The position numbers and the translations under genes were made by a program. From Stylophora pistillata (lineage: Eukaryota): DNA of 64,000 nt. Shown here one piece after another: positions 58,869-64,000 of the stretch; positions within the stretch are counted from its first letter, which is position 1, and every line of letters starts with the position of its first letter. The DNA is taken from the NCBI RefSeq assembly GCF_002571385.2, contig NW_019217827.1:962554-1026553 (forward strand), in the 5' to 3' direction. Below the pieces are notes generated by a model, which saw only the letters and a list, made by a program, of their open reading frames with translations, did no database searches and was not told the origin of the DNA.

Positions 58869-60066
58869 AAGGGGGTAAATGTTTTTAAGCTTATATTGCC
58901 ATACTTTTTGGTTAAGAGAGTTACTTAGTGCATCGTTGATTCACTTCGAATTAAACAATCAGGCAGATATGAACGGAAGAATGATAATTGTGGAACTGAT
59001 CAACTCGTTTTAACGTTATTAAAACTATAATGTTTCAAAACGATAAAAAAAATTGCGTGTGCCGTTACTTATTTAAAGCTTTGTGGAAACAACTTCTGTC
59101 TATGAAAACAAGGACAGCAGTTCGTCTAGCTCGGTAGAGTTAAAAAGTCTACGTATGGTTTTGGCTTCTACTAAAATGGCAAGTTCTCAGGAGCTTTTGT
59201 CGTACGGACTCTTCTTTGGAAGCGAGTAACGACTCGGTTAATGAAACTCGCTCAAGTTTCAGGAGGGTGAAATTAATTATAAACTTCTCGAAGAATTCGA
59301 AAATGAACGTCTTGTGAAAACTAATTATTAAAAGTTCACTTCCGCAGATGAGGTGACATCTACTCTACGAACTTCGGGCATGCTAATTTTTCAGCATCTT
59401 TTGTCAGAGAATTTATTTTTATTTTTATCTTTCATTTATTATCACTAAGAAGAAATTTTTCGTTCCTCTGGTTGTCAGATTTAAGTCCTGTTTTTGTGAT
59501 GGGTTATTACTGGCAACCTATGCCATGAAATTTGAATGAGCTCACAGTAATTCTGATTTTTACACCTTGAAAATGGCAACCTGCCCTTATTTTGTCATTT
59601 ATACTTCTGTCCATAACAGGTCAATCATTCGCGATCAGTTTCGCTTATCTCGACCTGGAAGGGTTTGATTTGAATGCAGTCAACAAAAACATTTTTGTGA
59701 CCGTTGCACCAACAATTAAACAACATTTACATGTCACAGTTGTTATAAAACACTAGGGGGCAGGTGAATCTATCTCTAAACCTGTCATTTACAACTAAAA
59801 CGCAGTTAATTGAAAAAAGCAATATTTTCAGCAGCATCACATGCTAATTAACCCTGGAAACTTTCGAGTTTCGGTTCAGAACTTCCTCTCTTTATTTTGC
59901 TGATGATCATCACGTTCATGTTTGCAATTGAAAGAAGGATCCAAGTCGTAAAGGAGATTGACCATAGACACTCAATCAAGAAGAAATCACCTTAACATAG
60001 GGTCGGAAAGCAATTTATTTTTGTTGAAAAATCGTTTATTTTAATCAAGGTAAGCGAATCGACATC

Positions 60067-60993
60067 ATGCGTGGATTATTTTGTACAGAATGGCAGTTTT
60101 TTCCCACCAGCGCTGAGTTCAAAGATCTTCGTTCGACTTTCATCACAAACTCTATCTTCAACGGTTTTTTAACTTTTACCGCCATTCTGTTGAATGTTGT
60201 TACAATCTGCGCGATACAGAAAGATTCGACCTTACCGAAGACTTTAAAAACGTTATTGACGAGTCTTGCCCTTTCTGATGTTGGTGTTGGTTTGGTAGGG
60301 CAACCTACTTACCTCTCATTTCTTATCAGCTGGTTAAAACTGAACAATCCAAGCTGTAACGCTTATCGATGGCTAACGATCTTTGGGTATTTATTTTCGC
60401 TCGCTTCGTTCTTGGGTGTTGTGGCTGTAAGTGTAGACAGGTTCTTAGCTGTTCAACTTCATCTCAGATACCAAGAACTTGTGACTCACAAGCGTGTTGT
60501 TGCCGTGGTGATCTCAATGTGGGTGTTCAGTACATTTGTTTCTGTAATGGTAGTTTGGGCTTCTGTCAGTATTCATAATATCGTTATCTCAGTCACTGGA
60601 ACTGTTGGTTTCATTCTCACTACTGTGGTGTATATCAGGATATATTTAACTATTAGACGGCACAAGAATCAGATCCAGTCCTTGCAAGTACAAGAAGTAA
60701 ATCGTTCTGGTGAAACAAGTTATGTTGGTCTCATTAAATCTACGATTGGTGTATTCTACGTTTATCTTGTGTTCTTAGCCTGTTATTTACCGTATGTTAT
60801 TTGTGTTGTTATTGTAAGAATAAGCAGCGCGGATATCGCTCTAAAAAAGCTCAATCTGTTTTCAATGACTCTTATATTTCTGAATTCATCTCTCAACCCT
60901 GTAATTTACTTTTGGAAGATGAGACACATTCGACGCGCTATTATGGAAATACTATGGAGCTTGTCTTGGAGTAGAAATCGTGCTTCCCGCTAA
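60067..60993 (+). CDS. Class A orphan GPCR, 308 aa
   Basis: LALSD, SVDRF, CYLPY, NSSLNPVIY; intact ORF. Confidence 0.92.
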   Translation: MRGLFCTEWQFFPTSAEFKDLRSTFITNSIFNGFLTFTAILLNVVTICAIQKDSTLPKTLKTLLTSLALSDVGVGLVGQPTYLSFLISWLKLNNPSCNAYRWLTIFGYLFSLASFLGVVAVSVDRFLAVQLHLRYQELVTHKRVVAVVISMWVFSTFVSVMVVWASVSIHNIVISVTGTVGFILTTVVYIRIYLTIRRHKNQIQSLQVQEVNRSGETSYVGLIKSTIGVFYVYLVFLACYLPYVICVVIVRISSADIALKKLNLFSMTLIFLNSSLNPVIYFWKMRHIRRAIMEILWSLSWSRNRASR

Positions 60994-62137
60994 CTCATTG
61001 GTGAATTTGTAGTCTCCGCTATCATCGTTGCTGATACATCGAGCCTTGTACTTGATTTCACGTGACATGGCACGTTAATAGATTTGTCTCCGGCTCAAAG
61101 GGCTGTTGTACGGCGACAGGAGCAAAACAGGATTGTAATTTAAAAGAAAGAAGACTGCAGGTGGAGAAGAACTGTACGTTTTAAGTTCCTTGAGACACTT
61201 GCGGACGCTATCATGGACTTACTGCCTAACATGTCTTCGAACACAAATCACCTGTCGTCTATGATGATACCCGAATCCTTCCACTGCTGGTAAATTACAT
61301 GGACGATTACTGCGTTCAGTTGAATTGCCGCTCAAAGTGAAAAGGTTAAGTTATCTTTTATTATTTTTGAAGTTTAGATAGTGCTCGTTTTACGAATACA
61401 GATTAAAGTAACTTAAAGAGTAAGTGAAGTAATATTGTAAATTAAATAAGACTATAAAACGACATATGTCAAGTTTCTGAACGTACAGAAACGTTTAAAA
61501 TCAATATATGCAAAAAAAGTAAGCAAAATTGTTTCCTTTCGTTTTGAACTTCAAGTGAATTTAAGCCATGGATCAGTTGGTTATTTAATATCTTAAAAGA
61601 AGACCAAATTACCTTTTACGGATAAAGCAAACATTTATTCGATTGCGGCTCGCGTGGAGAAGTCAAATAACTTCCGTTGCTGGTTTTTATTATTTTTTTA
61701 TTAAAATCGCTAGTTTTTCAAAGTGGAATCTCACTTGGAGGCGTTTAATTCTGAAATTAGAAATGTAACGCAATGATAGTTTAGTTTTCTTAAACCAAGA
61801 ATTATAATGATGGGAATTGATACCTAATAAGGTATCTTTCCTAACCGCTATGTTGGTAAACCACCCATAAAATATATTTGACAATCACACAAGTGCGTCT
61901 GCGATATGTCAATGCCGTGTCTAATTAAGTTACTTAATTTCAACGTCAGCACTTGGTGTTTTTGGAGACAGACATCTTCCGCTTGAATGACAGATAATTT
62001 TTGACCCTTCAAAAATTATCTGTCATAGTGCATTTGTTTCCTTGATGATATTGTGGGCCTCTCTCCATACTATTAGTTTTGTTATTTCAATTACTGGAGC
62101 TTGTAATTTCATTGTCACTATCGTGGTGTATATTAGG

Positions 62138-62144
<7 letters not shown>

Positions 62145-62174
<30 letters not shown>

Positions 62175-62197
62175 TGACTTTTTATTGGCTTAGCTAT

Positions 62198-62238
<41 letters not shown>

Positions 62239-62402
62239 AAGCGTACGCGTCAGCTTAAAATCAAAAGGGAGCTAAAAAATCCGGTTTCTTCTTACAAAAA
62301 AATAATTTCTTGGGGGCGTTTTTAATAAAAAAATTATTCCATTCACGCTTGTTGGATATGAGATGATTATAGCCAACGCGCGCTCTTGGAATAATTGTTA
62401 AT
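62145..62402 (+). mobile_element. Palindrome-ended-family element inserted in GPCR pseudogene
   Basis: Ends aattattcca...tggaataattgttaa like 31361-31470; interrupts the YIRIY codons. Confidence 0.6.
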
Positions 62403-62555
62403 TACTTGATTGTCAGACGGCACAAGAACCAGATTCAGTCCTAGCAAGGGCATGAAATGTCTCAATCCGGCGAAAGGATAAAGTTTGCAAGTCTGATGAA
62501 ATCTATAGTTGGTGTGTTCTATGTGTATCTCACGTTTTTAGCATCATACTTTCTT

Positions 62556-62931
62556 TATTTTTATTTTTTATTTTTTTATTTGAGGATTTGTATTAAGTAC
62601 TGGAAGAGAAACAATAGGACAGGGGTCCCCTACGAGATTTAAGCTCCAACAAACCCACCCATCCCACCCCAGGGGAGGACATCCATCACACAGTAATCTC
62701 GTGCGTGGGAAATTAACGTCTCCTACCCCTAACCCTGCAGGAGACGGGACCTCCATTTATTCGTCCCTATCCGAGAAGACTAGAATATCTAACCATTTCT
62801 TGATGTTATAGAAAGGTAGCATATTCTTCTCAGTTATTTTAAGACCTTGAGTGTTGGTCCGGCCGGGGCTCGAACCCTCGACCTCCCGCACAACAGTCCA
62901 GCGCTCTATCCATTGAGCTAACCGGGAGGCG
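62556..62931 (-). mobile_element. tRNA-derived SINE inserted in GPCR pseudogene TM6
   Basis: Minus head ttagctcaatggatagagc...ggttcgagcccc; A-rich tail; near-TSD ctttcttta / ctttcctta. Confidence 0.8.
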
Positions 62932-64000
62932 CTTTCCTTACGCTGTTTGCTTGGTTATCGTGGGAATTAACGGCTCGAATATCAACCTGAAAACGTTCAC
63001 TCTCTTTTCAATGACTCTAATTTATCTGAATTCATCTCTGAACCCTGTAATATACTGCTTGAAGATGAGACACATTCGACACGCCATCATGGATATACTA
63101 AGGAACACGTCGTGGGCCAGAACTCGTGCCTCGCGTGAACGCTGTAATTAATCTGTAGTCTTAGCTTATCGTTGCTGGCGATTGAGGCTTATGGCTTGAA
63201 TAAAAATAGTATTGTGCAGCTGTGCCTCGGCTTTTATGGGCAGTCGCGTAGGGGATAGACCTAAAGGGGAACTGTTTGAGACTTAATGATATGAAACTGT
63301 CAGTGAGAAATAATTTTTCGGTTAAATTTGTTGATATTAGAATTATAAGCATTCTGTTGCTGCTTCTATATGGATTTGTGTTTAACGATAGCAAAAGGAA
63401 CAGCTGAACTTTAAAACTTGTAAAAATCCAGTTAATAAGTTAACGTAAATTATTTAAAATGTATGTAAAGAATATGCCGCTATCAAATCCGCTGTAGCTC
63501 CCTTGATTAAAAGATTGCACAAAAGGAACAAATTGTGCTTTGAGGAAAAGGAAACTCGGTTCGTGCGTCGACTAGTCGATATTACTACAAATTTTCTTTA
63601 TGACGGCTTAAACTCTGATTGAAAACTCGACTGAGAAATTTCGATTATTTGTTATGTGGGACAAAATGCAGCCCAGCTGTCTGTCCTTGGTTTAACGCAG
63701 CGAATTGCAAATACAAAAACTTCTCTTTCTCTTTCTCCTTTTCTGAGCAGAGAAACCTGTAATTCAGATGTGTGTATTGGTGACTTGAAAGTTCAGTTTC
63801 AAATTATGAACAATCGTGCTTCAAATCATGAACAATCATCCACTTATCTTTAAGGCAGCAACCTATACCATGATCCTCCCTTTTTCGTTCACTGTCCATT
63901 TATTCCATTCAATGACAATCCATAGCATTTCCATCGTTCGGTTTCCATTAACAGTCCGAATTAAGAGGACTTATCTTTGAAGACTTGGACATGTCTTAGT

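Larger units (their letters stand above)
62028..63151 (+). pseudogene. Class A GPCR pseudogene (TM4-end) split by two insertions
   Basis: Coding blocks 62028-62143, 62403-62555, 62932-63151 (NSSLNPVIY); 5' half absent. Confidence 0.85.

Noticed and set aside
1-64000. CRISPR array or prokaryotic operon/defence system
   Set aside because: No regularly spaced repeat-spacer pattern; spliceosomal introns and animal TEs throughout.

Overview
AT-rich, intron-containing animal genomic DNA; the repeat families suggest a cnidarian, probably a scleractinian coral (inference). Bases 1-25.8 kb hold the 3' part of an axonemal inner-arm dynein heavy chain gene (DNAH3-like, + strand). It has 42 phase-consistent exons (6351 nt, about 2116 aa, AAA3 to stop) and one GC-AG intron. 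Bases 31.7-63.2 kb hold a same-strand tandem array of single-coding-exon class A GPCRs: 5 intact, 1 with a helix-8 frameshift, and about 9-10 pseudogenes or fragments, shaped by block duplication and TE insertion. The window is dense in small mobile elements: hAT, Kolobok-like and Harbinger-like MITEs (some nested), SINEs, a LINE 3' end, a Gypsy LTR+PPT+integrase fragment, palindrome-ended elements and minimal hammerhead-ribozyme relics. The most unusual signal is a family of three elements built from a ~245-bp monomer with an internal tRNA cloverleaf, each with an inverted arm (two also with a tandem copy) and flanked by an 11-12-bp target-site duplication. This looks like a tRNA-cored non-autonomous retroelement with Penelope-like insertion geometry. 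No CRISPR or prokaryotic features. All coordinates were read by eye and no database searches were run.
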